DNA from: an uncultured Acidobacteriota bacterium
GTDB lineage: Bacteria > Acidobacteriota > UBA6911 > RPQK01 > JAPXNP01
Length of the DNA stretch: 64,000 nucleotides
Assembly (NCBI GenBank): GCA_963777605.1
Contig: CAVZRV010000027.1
Location: 256,001-320,000 of the forward strand
Reading direction: 5' to 3'
A program made the position numbers and the translations under genes. Below the pieces are notes generated by a model. It saw nothing but the letters and a program-made list of their open reading frames with translations, was not told the DNA's origin and did no database searches. Positions 1 to 11,013 of the stretch are shown piece by piece. Numbering within the stretch: position 1 is the first letter of the stretch; each line of letters starts with the position of its first letter.

Positions 1-2
1 CC

Positions 3-740
3 GCCTTTACTCAAAACTCCCTGATTACGGCATTCGCTTTCGTCGGAGTCCTGGTTTGGGTCTCCTACCGGATCTCGGCCAGCTTGACCCGGGGGCACAT
101 CCACGGCTCGGCGATCGCGATTGCGATCGGCCTGGTGCTCGCGTACGTCGGGGGGGCCGTAACCGGCGGAAGTAAGGGCCTCGCCGACATTGAACTGTTC
201 GCCGGGGTCGGCATCATGGGCGGTGCGATGTTCCGCGATTTCGCGATTGTGGCCACGGCATTCGGCGCGGATATCAGGGTGTTGAAGAAGGCCGGCCTTG
301 TCGGAGGACTGTCGGTCCTCATCGGCGTCGTCCTCTCGTTCGTTGTCGGAACGGTCGTCGCACTGATCTTTGGTTACACCGACGCCGTTTCGATCAGCAC
401 CATCGGCGCCGGGGCTGCCACCTACATCGTCGGCCCGGTAACGGGAACGGCACTCGGTGCCGGCTCTGAGATTATCGCTTTGAGCGTGGCGGCCGGCCTG
501 ACCAAGGCAGTCCTGGTCATGATCGGGACCCCGCTGGTGGCCTCCCGGATCGGTCTCGACAATCCTCAATCGGCGCTCATCTACGGAGGTTTGATGGGAA
601 CAACGAGCGGCGTAGCCGGTGGGCTGGCGGCTACGGACCCCAAGCTGGTCCCCTATGGAGCGATGACCGCAACCTTTTACACCGGGCTGGGCTGTCTGCT
701 GTGCCCATCACTCCTGTATTTGATCGTGAGAGCGTTGACT
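3..740 (+). CDS. madM: Malonate transporter subunit MadM (5' end outside window; expected stop near 740 absent, ORF runs on to 1037)
   Basis: Frame open from base 3 (AFTQNSLITAFAFVGVLVW...). Motifs GHIHGSAIAI, GGAMFRDFAIVAT, IGAGAATYIVGPVTG and PYGAMTATFYTGLGCLL are characteristic of MadM. Confidence 0.9.
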
Positions 741-792
741 AGTCCCGGTCTCGGGACACGCTTTACTGGTCACCGTGCCCGGATAGACTTGG

Positions 793-3609
793 ATGGTCAC
801 TCGGGAGATTTCCAGCTTGCAGCAGATGCGCAAGAACTTTACGGGATTATGTCTGCTGCTGACTCTCATCGGTGTCCCGGCGCTCCGATGCTGGACCGGA
901 TTGGGGCGTCCCATCTGGGACTCCAGGATCTTCAAACCCGCCGATGGGCTTGCTCACCAGGTGGTCCGGGATATCACGATGGCCCCCGACGGGACTCTCT
1001 GGATGGCTACCTGGGGAGGCGGAATTTCCCGCTTTGACGGTTCGAAATGGGAGACCTTCAACGCCGAGAAGACGCTTTCCGATTTCATGATTCGTTGCCT
1101 GGCGTTCGACCGGGACGGCGCACTGTGGGTGGGCACTCCGGAAGGGATTCGCCGCTACGACGGCCGGAACTGGAGCACCTACACCACCGACAACACCCCG
1201 GGGCTCAAAGAAGATTCCGTCTTCGTGATCCTGCCGTTCAACACCGGAGAGATATGGTTCGGGATGCTGGACGGCTACCTCTACTCATACGACCAGCGTC
1301 GAGCGGATGGACAACGCTGGAAACTGGTCCAGAACCCGGAGTTCTTTGCCACCGGAGCGATTCGTAGCCTGCTCGAACTGGACGACGGCACGATCTGGGT
1401 CGGAGGGGAGCACCTCTACCACTTCGACGGAACGAGGTGGACCGGTTATCCCATGAACCAGGTGGCCTTTTCGATCTGCAGGACTGACGATGGACACATC
1501 TACGCTGCGGAAACGAACGGGCTGTACCGCCTCGACGGAACCACCTGGAAAAGGATTCCCGAAGCCGGGGAATCCCCTCGAAGCCTTGGGCTCACCTCGG
1601 ACCGATCCCTCCTGGTCGGCACGGAGGCCGGAGTCAAGATCTTCGCGCATGGAAACTGGGCGGACTTCCTTCCGGACCTGAAGGAATCTGCACAGTACGT
1701 CGAAGTCATCCGAACCTTTCCTAACGGATCAACCTGGCTTGGGACTCGCGGCGGCGCCTACCTGGTCCGCCGGTCCGACTGGTCGATCTACCCGCCCCCG
1801 GGCCGGGATTCTCCGGTCACGGACGGTCTGTTCCATTCAGCCCCCGATTGCGCGCCTACTGTGATCTCTCCCAAGGGTGCGATCTACCAACTGGAAGGCG
1901 ATTCCTGGCGTCTCGTTGGGGACATCCAATCGGGAAATGACCCGGTAGTCCAAATCCTGTTGTATGAGAAGGACCGACTCGTTGTCCGCAGAGATCACAA
2001 CATCGTCGAGTACGACACCAACGGCTTCAAGATCAGGCAGGAGATCAGTGTCCCCAGCGCTGAGGAGTGGTCAATGCTCTCACTTTCAGGAACTCGTGAG
2101 TGGGACCGGATCGCCTTGTCATCTGATGGGACGTACTGGTGGAACAGGAATAGGGAAGAGCAACTCTATCACTGGAACGGCTCCAGCTGGGAACTCTACC
2201 GGCAGGGAGATGGCGTGCATCTCCCCATCAGTTTCTTCAAGGAGACCCGCGACGGCCGATTCTGGATCGTCTCCAACTCCCAGGTTTCGGCGTCCGGTCA
2301 CCATATTCCCGAGTTGGACGCGCTGCGATCACCCCGCTACCGGGGACATCAGGTCACCGACATCAGCGTCTCAGATAACGACTCGGCCTGGTTCAGTACG
2401 AGCGGCGAGGGAATCCTTGTATACGACGGCCAGCAACTGGTTCACTGGGATGCGCGAAACGGTCTGCCCAGCAATTGGGTCCTCTGCCTGTTCCGGGCCT
2501 CCGACGGAACGATGTGGTCCGGCATGGAAGACTCGACCATGGCGTCTTTCAAAGACGGAAGATGGGTCTCGTTCAGCACCGCAGACTTTCAGGCTAAGGG
2601 GGGGGTGACCCGAATATCGGAAGGGCCAGGAGGACGAATCTGGTTCGTGCTAAGTACCGGCAACCTGCTGAGATACACGCTCTCCAAGGAGGCTCCCGAC
2701 ACCGCAATCGATCTCTACCCAAGGAGTATTCTCCCCCGCGGAAGTGCGGTGTTCGCCTTTCACGGCTGGGATTCCTCGCTGACCACTCTGCCAGCCGACC
2801 TTGTCTTCTCCTGGAGGATCCTGCCCAGGTGGGGCGGACGAGCAACCGTGCCTTGGACACCCTATGCCCCAGCCACAACCATTTCATCACCGCCTCTGGA
2901 CCCGGGGAACTACCTGTTTCAGGTAAAAGCCGCCGACAAGGAACGGAACGAGGACCCCACGCCGGCCGGGCAAGCGTTCTCCGTTGAAACGTACCTCTAC
3001 TTCAAACCGGAATTCTGGCTGACGGTAATCCCGACAATCCTATTAATGCTCTTCCTGGCCGTCCGATGGACAGAGGCCAGGCGCAACCTTCTGAAGCTTG
3101 CGCGAATCGACGGACTCACCGAGTTTTACAATAGGGACTATTTTGCTTCCCTGTTCGATTCCGAAATCCAGCGAACCAAACGCTACCAACACGACCTGTC
3201 CATCCTTCTTCTCGACATCGATGACTTCAAGCACGTCAACGATGGATTCGGCCACGACATCGGAGACCAGGTCCTCAGGACCGTCAGCAGGAAAATCGCT
3301 CAGGCCTGTCGCGCCACCGACTCCGTCGCCCGGTGGGGTGGTGAGGAATTCCTCATTTTGCTCCCGGAAACCAGCCTTCAAAAGGCAGCCATCCTGGCGG
3401 AGCGGATTCGGGCGGCGGTAGAGGCAACAACGGTCTCCACCGATCAGGGAAATGTGCAATGCACGGTCAGTGTCGGGGCTGCGGAATTCACCGAAGAAGC
3501 ATCGACCTCCGATCAACTGTTGAAACAGGCCGACCAGGCGCTTTACCGGGCCAAGAGAGCTGGACGAAATCGCATCGAGTTCTTCTCTCTTGCCCCGGGC
3601 GACCCTTGA
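793..3609 (+). CDS. Diguanylate cyclase with extracytoplasmic Reg_prop beta-propeller / Y_Y_Y-type sensor (alternative start 826)
   Basis: Signal-like N-terminus, repeats such as DGTLWMAT, DGALWVGT and GLPSNWV, Y_Y_Y-like LDPGNYLFQVKA, one TM helix, then a GGDEF domain with DIDDFKHVNDGFGH, RxxD (RATD) and GGEEF. Confidence 0.92.
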   Translation: MVTREISSLQQMRKNFTGLCLLLTLIGVPALRCWTGLGRPIWDSRIFKPADGLAHQVVRDITMAPDGTLWMATWGGGISRFDGSKWETFNAEKTLSDFMIRCLAFDRDGALWVGTPEGIRRYDGRNWSTYTTDNTPGLKEDSVFVILPFNTGEIWFGMLDGYLYSYDQRRADGQRWKLVQNPEFFATGAIRSLLELDDGTIWVGGEHLYHFDGTRWTGYPMNQVAFSICRTDDGHIYAAETNGLYRLDGTTWKRIPEAGESPRSLGLTSDRSLLVGTEAGVKIFAHGNWADFLPDLKESAQYVEVIRTFPNGSTWLGTRGGAYLVRRSDWSIYPPPGRDSPVTDGLFHSAPDCAPTVISPKGAIYQLEGDSWRLVGDIQSGNDPVVQILLYEKDRLVVRRDHNIVEYDTNGFKIRQEISVPSAEEWSMLSLSGTREWDRIALSSDGTYWWNRNREEQLYHWNGSSWELYRQGDGVHLPISFFKETRDGRFWIVSNSQVSASGHHIPELDALRSPRYRGHQVTDISVSDNDSAWFSTSGEGILVYDGQQLVHWDARNGLPSNWVLCLFRASDGTMWSGMEDSTMASFKDGRWVSFSTADFQAKGGVTRISEGPGGRIWFVLSTGNLLRYTLSKEAPDTAIDLYPRSILPRGSAVFAFHGWDSSLTTLPADLVFSWRILPRWGGRATVPWTPYAPATTISSPPLDPGNYLFQVKAADKERNEDPTPAGQAFSVETYLYFKPEFWLTVIPTILLMLFLAVRWTEARRNLLKLARIDGLTEFYNRDYFASLFDSEIQRTKRYQHDLSILLLDIDDFKHVNDGFGHDIGDQVLRTVSRKIAQACRATDSVARWGGEEFLILLPETSLQKAAILAERIRAAVEATTVSTDQGNVQCTVSVGAAEFTEEASTSDQLLKQADQALYRAKRAGRNRIEFFSLAPGDP

Positions 3610-3732
3610 AATTTCGATCGGAAACTTCGATATAGACTGCAAAGATGCCGAAGGCCGCCAGGACTCATTTCAGGATCAGCGCAGCCAGAGCCTATTGCCT
3701 TTGCCCTTCGCTTCGGCAAAGATCAGAATGCT

Positions 3733-6337
3733 ATGCCGAGATCGATTGCCGTTCTCCTCTGCCTCTTTGCGATCTCCTGCGGATCGCTCACAACCAGCAA
3801 CTCTCCATCGAACCTGAGTGCGACTGAACTCCGATGTGAATACCTCGTTGACCCGATCGGAATTGACGTTGTTCAGCCCCGCCTGTGCTGGAAACTCGCC
3901 CCGGCCACACCCAATAACCAGCCGGAAGAGCAGGCCGCTTTCCAGATCGTGGTTTCATCGAGCAGGACACAGCTCCAGGCGGACCTCGGTGACCTGTGGG
4001 ATACCGGCAAGGTCACTTCGAACGAGACCCTTCATCACGTCTACGGAGGCGAACCGCTTGCCTACGGCGACTCTTGCTGGTGGAAAGTCCGAATCTGGGA
4101 CGACCGGGGCTCGGTATCGGACTGGAGTTTACCAGCCCGATTTTCCATCGGTCCGCTCGACTCATCCGACTGGTCGGCAAGCTGGATTGGGCCCGTGAAT
4201 GCCACCCATGAGAAGCAGGATGATCCCGGGGACAGTTTCGAGTACACATTCGAAAAGGAGTTCACGCTTGAGGTGCCGGTGGAAACCAGTTACGCATTTG
4301 TCGCCTCGATCGGCTTTCACGAACTCTACGTGAACGGCAAGAAGGTCGGCGACGCGGTACTGGAACCCCAGATCTCGGATCTCAGCCAGCGGGCCCGCTA
4401 CGTCACCTATGACCTGAATGACTACCTCTCAGCCGGCCAGAACCGTTTGAAGATTGTTGCTGCAGCGGGTTGGGCAGGCTTTCCACGTTTCGGCGGCAGA
4501 AAAAATCCTCTGGTGCGGGCACAGGTCGAACTCCGCTACGGTGACGGGCGGCCGGATCAGATCGGAACCGATGTCTCCTGGACAACCTCCCGAACCCGGA
4601 ACAAGAGAACGGAACCCTGGCGGCAGCACTACTTCACCAGTGACTGGCAGGAGGAAGACGGAGCGGAAACCGTGTCAACGAAAGTGTTTGAACTCCCCGT
4701 CACAATCTCCGCGGAGGAGTTGGAACCAAACAGGTTGCAGGACACCCTGGATCCTGCTGCGATCGATCCGGTCGAAGGCGGCTGGCGAATCGATTTCGGA
4801 CGCTCCTTTACGGGCTGGCTCGACGTCCCGCTGTCGGCCAAACCGGGAACCGTCGTCGACATGTCGATTTCCGAACGCCCGGATCAGGAAGTGACCTACA
4901 ACCAGAAGGTGCATCTCGTCGTTCCTCCGGACGGTACCGGCCGGTTTCGGCATCGCTTCAACTACGTCGCGGGGCGCTGGCTCACGATCAATGGTCCGGT
5001 GGAACAACCGGAAGGTGTTCGGGCCTACCTCGTTCACTCCGATTACCCGAAACTCACGCGGTTTCACTGCTCGAATGACCTCCTGAACAGAATCCACGAC
5101 ACCGTCATGTGGACGTACCAATGTCTCAGCCTGGGCGGCTACGTGGTCGATTGTCCTCACCGGGAGCGATTGGGTTACGGCGGCGACGCCCATGCCACCG
5201 TTCCGGCCGGGCTCGCTCATTTCGGGCTGGGGGCGTTCTACACCAAGTGGATGCAGGACTGGCGCGACATGCAATCGCCCGACGGGGACCTCCCCTACAC
5301 GGCACCCACCTACGAAGGGGGAGGCGGACCGGCCTGGAGCGGGATCGTCATTCAGCTGCCCTGGCAACTCTACATCCAGTATGGAGATACTCGGATACTC
5401 GAGGAGAATTGGCCGATGATGATCCGGTGGCTCGAATTCCTCGACAGCAACGTCGAAAAGGGCCTTCTGCAACCTTACGGCAGCAAGGAGTGGGGTTTCC
5501 TCGGGGACTGGGTTCCGCCCGGACGGGGTCAATCGAAGGGCACGCGCGTCGATGACCGTTCCACCCTCTTCTTCAACAACTGCTACTGGCTCTGGAGCCT
5601 GCAAACCGCCGCCCGAATCGGAGCCGTCCTGGGCAAACCTGAAGAGGCCTCCCGCCTGCGGAACGAGGCAGCTCAAGCTCGCGTCGCGATCCACCGTTTC
5701 TTTTGGGACTCGGAACGAGGGGTTTACGCCAGCGGGGAGCAGCCCTACCTCGCCTTTCCACTGATGATCGGATTACCTCCCGAGGAACTCAGACCGCAAA
5801 TCGAAAAGAAACTCGAAGCAGACGATTCTCGAGGACGACGAGGGGCATATCAATGCCGGAATTCACGGTCACGCCCTGCTGCTCGAGTACCTGACCCGCG
5901 CGCGCCGGTCCGACCTGATCTACGAGATGGTGAGCAAGACCGACTATCCCAGCTGGGGCTACATGCTCGCAAACGGGGCAACCACGATCTGGGAACAGTG
6001 GGATGGCGAAAACTCACTCTGTCACAGTTCGTTTCTGGGAGTCGGTGCCTGGTTCATCCGAGGGCTGGCCGGGATCTGTCCCGACCCTGAACACCCGGGA
6101 TACGAGCATTTCTTCATCCGCCCCCAGGTCTGCGGTGACGTCACCAGTTGCGAGGCCTCTTATGACTCGATTCGGGGGACGATCGAAAGCAACTGGACGA
6201 TCGAAACCGGCAGGATCGACCTCTCAGTGGTCATTCCGGTCGGGACGACAGCGACAGTGATTCTGCCGGGCCAGCCTGAGCGCGAGGGCAAACGACTCGG
6301 ACCGGGACGACACCAGATCGGCGGAAGTCTCGAGTAG
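3733..6337 (+). CDS. GH78 alpha-L-rhamnosidase-family protein, probable lipoprotein, frameshift at ~5824
   Basis: LRCEYLVDPIGID, DLWDTGKV and DCPHRERLGYGGD; the shifted frame continues ILEDDEGHINAGIHG...GATTIWEQW...SLCHS to the stop at 6337. Confidence 0.88.
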
Positions 6338-6400
6338 ATTGTGCCAGCTCGGCAGGTCGTTGCGGCAGTGACACCGGATCCGGGAGACAGAGGGATCAAG

Positions 6401-6829
6401 TTAATGCCCCGGCACTGCGGCCACTCCAAGTTGCCTCCACATCCCCAGTAGATCCAACTGCTCCCAGGCTTCGGAGATCTTTCCGCCAGAAAAACGGTAG
6501 ATTGTAATCCCCGTAATCACAATCTTCCGTCCTGTCGGTTCCAATCCGGGCATCGGGCCGAGGTGAGTTCCAGTCGCGCGCCATCGCCCTACCACTGTCT
6601 CGCCACAGCCAATCAGTTCCTCAAACGTCACGTGCGAGTCCGGAAAGGCCTGCCTGTACATCGCAATCGCCCTCTTCCAATCGCTGCGGGCCCCCTTCCC
6701 GGCCGGCATGTGAGGCCCATGGTAAGCGGCCTCGGCCGCCATTACTTCATCCACAGCAGAGAGGATTCCCTGGTTCCAGATTTCGTCGGCAATTCGTGAG
6801 ATGAGGGTGCGCTTCTCCTGAGCCGTCAT
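6401..6829 (-). CDS. SnoaL-like ester cyclase (NTF2 fold)
   Basis: AFPD, GTHLGPMPGLEPTGRKI and GKISEAW motifs; SD AAGGAG before ATG 6829. Confidence 0.88.
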   Translation of the reverse strand: MTAQEKRTLISRIADEIWNQGILSAVDEVMAAEAAYHGPHMPAGKGARSDWKRAIAMYRQAFPDSHVTFEELIGCGETVVGRWRATGTHLGPMPGLEPTGRKIVITGITIYRFSGGKISEAWEQLDLLGMWRQLGVAAVPGH

Positions 6830-6843
6830 ATGCGCTCCTTTGT

Positions 6844-7275
6844 TCAGGTGGCGGGAACATGGCCAAGCTGCTGCAGGGCGTTCAGATTGTCCCATTCGAC
6901 CCAGATCTCGGCGATTCGCCCATTTTCCACCCTGATGATGCTGATGTAAGGAAGTTCAAGCCGCTTGTTGCTGGGAGGAAAGGGGCCCCAACTGCCTCGC
7001 TGGGTACCTTTGTACAATGCCCGAACCGCAACTAAATCACCCTTTGAGAACATGACATCAATTTTCAGAATTGAGTCTGGAACTGCAGCGAAATCTTCCT
7101 GCAGGAAGGCCTTGAATTGGGCAAGATTCTCGATTGTCACTCCGGCAGTTGCGGCACTGTGCCGATGCATGTCCGCCGCCACGACTTCGTCAAGAGCGGC
7201 GAGATCACGCCGGTTGATCGCATTAACCATGATTTGAACGATGTCCTCGCTCGACTTACCTTTTGACTGCATCAT
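6844..7275 (-). CDS. SnoaL-like ester cyclase (NTF2 fold)
   Basis: AVPD, GTQRGSWGPFPPSNKR and GRIAEIWVEWDNL motifs; SD AAGGAGG upstream. Confidence 0.88.
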   Translation of the reverse strand: MMQSKGKSSEDIVQIMVNAINRRDLAALDEVVAADMHRHSAATAGVTIENLAQFKAFLQEDFAAVPDSILKIDVMFSKGDLVAVRALYKGTQRGSWGPFPPSNKRLELPYISIIRVENGRIAEIWVEWDNLNALQQLGHVPAT

Positions 7276-7546
7276 TTTTCCTCCTTCGAATCGCTGGTCC
7301 GGCCCTGCAGCGAACCCTGTTTTCAGAAAGCGAAGAAGAACTACTCAACGGCTGGCCCGAAGATTGTGCTTTTCACCGAACACTTTCACGTCCCGTCCGG
7401 CTGCTTCTTCCAGATCCACACATCAGAAAGGGCATCCGATCGCGGTTTGCCGATCCCGAGTCGAGGAGTTGACCTGAGTTCATCGGACGCTACGATTCAG
7501 GGCCGGCCAGCGGCTAAGCCTCAGGACAAAAACCCGAGGGCAAATC

Positions 7547-7563
7547 AATAAATCTGATTTATT
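7547..7563. promoter_or_regulatory. AT-rich perfect palindrome, candidate operator
   Basis: AATAAATC-T-GATTTATT in an otherwise GC-rich intergenic region upstream of the SnoaL pair. Confidence 0.4.
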
Positions 7564-7712
7564 TACCCAAACTGTAACTCAGGCGGGACCGATATGCACG
7601 GGAAATCTGCCATGCAGAGAGATCGGTTCTGGACCTCAAGTACACGGTTTCCGGTCCAGTGTCGGCCAAAATCGGGTCAGATTCGCGCGGATTTCCTGGG
7701 AATGAGCGGACC

Positions 7713-8445
7713 TCAGCAACCGCCGCCGGCAGCCTTTCTGCCGCCGAAAACGGCCAGTTCGAAAATCTTCAGAAAACAGTCGACATCCTCAAATGTGAGT
7801 GCCCGCAGCCATTCACACTGGTCTTCAACCGGGGCAAGGATGTTCTCTTCCTTGTCCGGGCGGTTGTAATAGGACTCGGCGACCTCAGCACGGCTCTTCA
7901 TTCCTTCCGCAGAACGATGAAACTCCCACAGGGAATCGACGAACTGTTCGTCAAACAGTTCGGTCACCGCCTTCGACGACGAGGAAACGTGCTCTATGTT
8001 CAGGAAGACCCCGGCCGGTGCCAGAAGCTGGTAGATCTCACCGTAAAGCGCCTTCTTCCTGGAATCGGGCTGGTGGTGGATGGCAAACCCTGACACAACG
8101 ATGTCAAAGGGGCCTTCGCCAACTACGCTGTCGACCCAGCCGGGTTCCCCAAAGTCGGCCGTGATGAAGACGGGAGAGGATTTGCCGGACAGTCTCTTCC
8201 GTGCCGCCGCCAACATCGGTGCAGAAAAATCGACTAGAACCAGTTGGGCCTTCGGGAAACAGCGAAGAAAGTAGATCGCCGAGGATCCCGTCTCCGCAAC
8301 CCAGGTCAAGAATTCGTGCGGGTTCCGGACTCCACTTTCTTACGATTCGGTTCAGAACGTCAAATTGCAGTCGGGCGCCGGGGATTGCCCCGCGAACGTC
8401 CCGAATAAACGTCTGTGCCAGTCTTTCGGTCTTCCATCCACTCAC
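7713..8445 (-). CDS. Class I SAM-dependent methyltransferase, frameshift at ~8260
   Basis: ILDLGCGDG (motif I) in ORF 8104..8445; VDFSAPML and FDIVVSGFAIHH in ORF 7713..8309. Confidence 0.85.
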
Positions 8446-8494
8446 GCACTCGATTATCCCACGGAGGGGCCTGCTGGGGACGACGTGCCGGGAT

Positions 8495-10846
8495 TCAAGG
8501 TCGGACCAGGAAGTTCCCTTTCAAGCGGATGTCCAGACTGGACGCTCCGACCTGGACTTCAAAACGGCCCGGCTCAACCACTCGCTCCAAGTCGCGATCC
8601 AGCAACGAAAGTTGCTCCCTCGCCAGCGTGAAGCGCACCTGGCGACTCTCGCCCGGATCCAGGAAGATTTTCGCCAGGCCCTGGAGGGCCTTGACCGGCG
8701 TCACGACAGAACTGATTTCGTCATTCAGGTAGAGCTGCACCACCTCGTGACCGGCATCGCTCCCGACATTGGTGACCGTCAACCGAACCTGGACCTCCCC
8801 CTCCGGGCCGACTTCCTCCGGTTCAATCTCCAGATCGGAGTACTCGAAGCTCGTGTAACTCAGGCCAAAGCCGAACTCCCAGAGTGGGGTCGCCGGCAGG
8901 TCGATGTAGCCGGTGCGCCCCAGGCTGAATGCCTTGGACGGCTTGTAGTTGTAATAAACCGGCAACTGACCCACGTGACGCGGAACCGTAATCGGGAGCC
9001 GCCCACCGGGATTGAACATCCCAAAGAGAACCTCGGCAACGGCCCGGCCCCCGTTCTCGCCCGGAAGCCAGGCTTCGACAACGGCCGGCACGTGCTCCTC
9101 CGCCCAGCGCACGGCGAGCGGCCGCCCGTTGATCAGAACCAACACGGTAGGCGTCCCGGTGGCATGGACCACCTGAAGGAGCCTCTCCTGCATTCCGGTC
9201 AATTCCAGGGTCGCCGAATCCTTGTGCTCTCCGTCGGTTCCGAGGCCTCCTTCTTTGAATCGTTCATTCTCCCCCAGCACGACTACGGCCACGTCGGCGG
9301 CCGCAGCCGCAGCGGACGCCTCCTTCAGTTGGTTGAAATCGGTTCCGATGACGTCACAGCCCTTGACGTATTCGACGACGGTAGCGGGCGAGACCTGGGC
9401 GCGGATTCCGTTTAGAACGGTTACGATATCCTGCAGAATGACGTCGGAGATATAATCTCCCAACTGATTCCGGGGATCGTCGGCGTTGGGCCCAATCACT
9501 GCAACGCGCTTCAGATCCCGGCGCAGTGGAAGAAGCCCCCCCTCGTTACGCAGCAACACAATGCTCTCCCGGGCCGCCTGAAGGGCCAATTCCTGGTGCT
9601 CCGAAGTGTGGCTGACCTGCTCGGCGCGGTCCGAGTCCACCTGTGGAGACTCAAAGAGCCCGAGCCGGAACTTCTGCTCCAGGACTCGCCTCACTGCACG
9701 GTCAATCAAACTCTCCTGGACGCGACCCTCACGCACGTTCTCGATCAACGGAAGCATGAAGGCCGGTTCAAAGGTGATCCCGACGTCCACTCCGGCTCTC
9801 AGGGAGAGTGCGCCGGCCTCCTTCTGGGTAGCGACAACCCGCCGCGTCAGAAGTGTCTCAAAGCCGTTACCCTCACTCAGCACAACTCCGCGAAACCCCA
9901 ATTTGTCACGGAGGATTCCGGTGAGAAGGTTCGCGGACCCATGCGCAGGAACTCCGTCGACGGCCGGATAGGTGGCCATGACCCCCATCGCTCCCTGCTC
10001 TGTGATTCCCGCCACCCACGGGGGGAGGAATATTTCCCTCAGCATCCGCTCCGAGATCTCCATCGCGCCCTGTTCCATTCCACTCACCGGCTGGCTTTGT
10101 CCGGGGAAATGGCAAAGTCCCGCGACCACCTTGTCAGGCGCGGCAAGGTCCTCTCCCTGGACCCCTCGAACGATCTCCCCGGCGATCAGTGAACAGAGGT
10201 AGGGATCTTCGCTGAAGGCCTCCTGGTTTCGACCCAGCCGGGGGTCTCGAATCGGTTCAACGACCAGCGTAAAGAGTTGGTGGATTCCAACGCCCCGGGC
10301 CTCGCGGGCGGCAGCGGCGAAAATCTGCCGGATCAGTTCCGGGTTCCAGGTGCTTCCCAGACCCGGTCCTTCGGGGAAAACCGTTCCACCGGAACACATC
10401 AGGCCGTGCGTTCCCTCCTCGACCTGTATCAGTGGGATGCCCAGGCGCGTCCTTTCCCGGGCAAGCTGCTGCAGTTCGTTAAAGAAACCGGCCTGTTGCC
10501 GGGGACCTTCGTGGAGGATGGTGTTGGCAAGAGTGAAGAATCCGCCACCGGGACCCAAGCCGTCAACCAGGCTTCCGGTCGCGAACTTGCGACAGGCCTC
10601 CATCTTCGAGGGGATGTCTTCCCCCATTTCACGAACATAGAGGCAAGGCCAGTTCAGCTGGCCGACCTTCTCTTCGAGCGTCATTCGGCCGAGCAGGTCC
10701 TCGACTCGCTGATCCACGGGCAACTCTGGATCCCAGTACGCGGGCCGGTCTGGGCTATCGGTCGAGCAGGCCGACAACCCGGTCAGAACCAGGAATATAC
10801 TCAACACCGCTCGGCGCGGTGCGGAAGACATCAATCCGGTCATCAT
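8495..10846 (-). CDS. GH3 beta-glucosidase/xylosidase with Fn3-like C-terminus, probable lipoprotein
   Basis: RLGIPLIQVEEGTHG, RDPRLGRNQE, VAVIGPNAD, FGFGLSYTSFEY and EVVQLY; lipobox-like LSAC. Confidence 0.92.
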   Translation of the reverse strand: MMTGLMSSAPRRAVLSIFLVLTGLSACSTDSPDRPAYWDPELPVDQRVEDLLGRMTLEEKVGQLNWPCLYVREMGEDIPSKMEACRKFATGSLVDGLGPGGGFFTLANTILHEGPRQQAGFFNELQQLARERTRLGIPLIQVEEGTHGLMCSGGTVFPEGPGLGSTWNPELIRQIFAAAAREARGVGIHQLFTLVVEPIRDPRLGRNQEAFSEDPYLCSLIAGEIVRGVQGEDLAAPDKVVAGLCHFPGQSQPVSGMEQGAMEISERMLREIFLPPWVAGITEQGAMGVMATYPAVDGVPAHGSANLLTGILRDKLGFRGVVLSEGNGFETLLTRRVVATQKEAGALSLRAGVDVGITFEPAFMLPLIENVREGRVQESLIDRAVRRVLEQKFRLGLFESPQVDSDRAEQVSHTSEHQELALQAARESIVLLRNEGGLLPLRRDLKRVAVIGPNADDPRNQLGDYISDVILQDIVTVLNGIRAQVSPATVVEYVKGCDVIGTDFNQLKEASAAAAAADVAVVVLGENERFKEGGLGTDGEHKDSATLELTGMQERLLQVVHATGTPTVLVLINGRPLAVRWAEEHVPAVVEAWLPGENGGRAVAEVLFGMFNPGGRLPITVPRHVGQLPVYYNYKPSKAFSLGRTGYIDLPATPLWEFGFGLSYTSFEYSDLEIEPEEVGPEGEVQVRLTVTNVGSDAGHEVVQLYLNDEISSVVTPVKALQGLAKIFLDPGESRQVRFTLAREQLSLLDRDLERVVEPGRFEVQVGASSLDIRLKGNFLVRP

Positions 10847-11013
10847 CTTCCCCCATCTCCTCTGCCGGGTCGGCGGGAGAAAACCCGGGGAACCAGCGGC
10901 TATCCATCGCCCAGGCTCCCGCTTCCTGCCTGGATCAACGCCCGCGCTGTCGGAATGGCTCTCAACTAAACCTCTAAGACTTGGGCCGCCGTCACCCCAC
11001 CGGGCGGTCCGAT

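Noticed and set aside
6401-8445. Polyketide biosynthetic cluster (SnoaL x2 + methyltransferase)
   Set aside because: No PKS, ACP or other biosynthetic core gene in the window.
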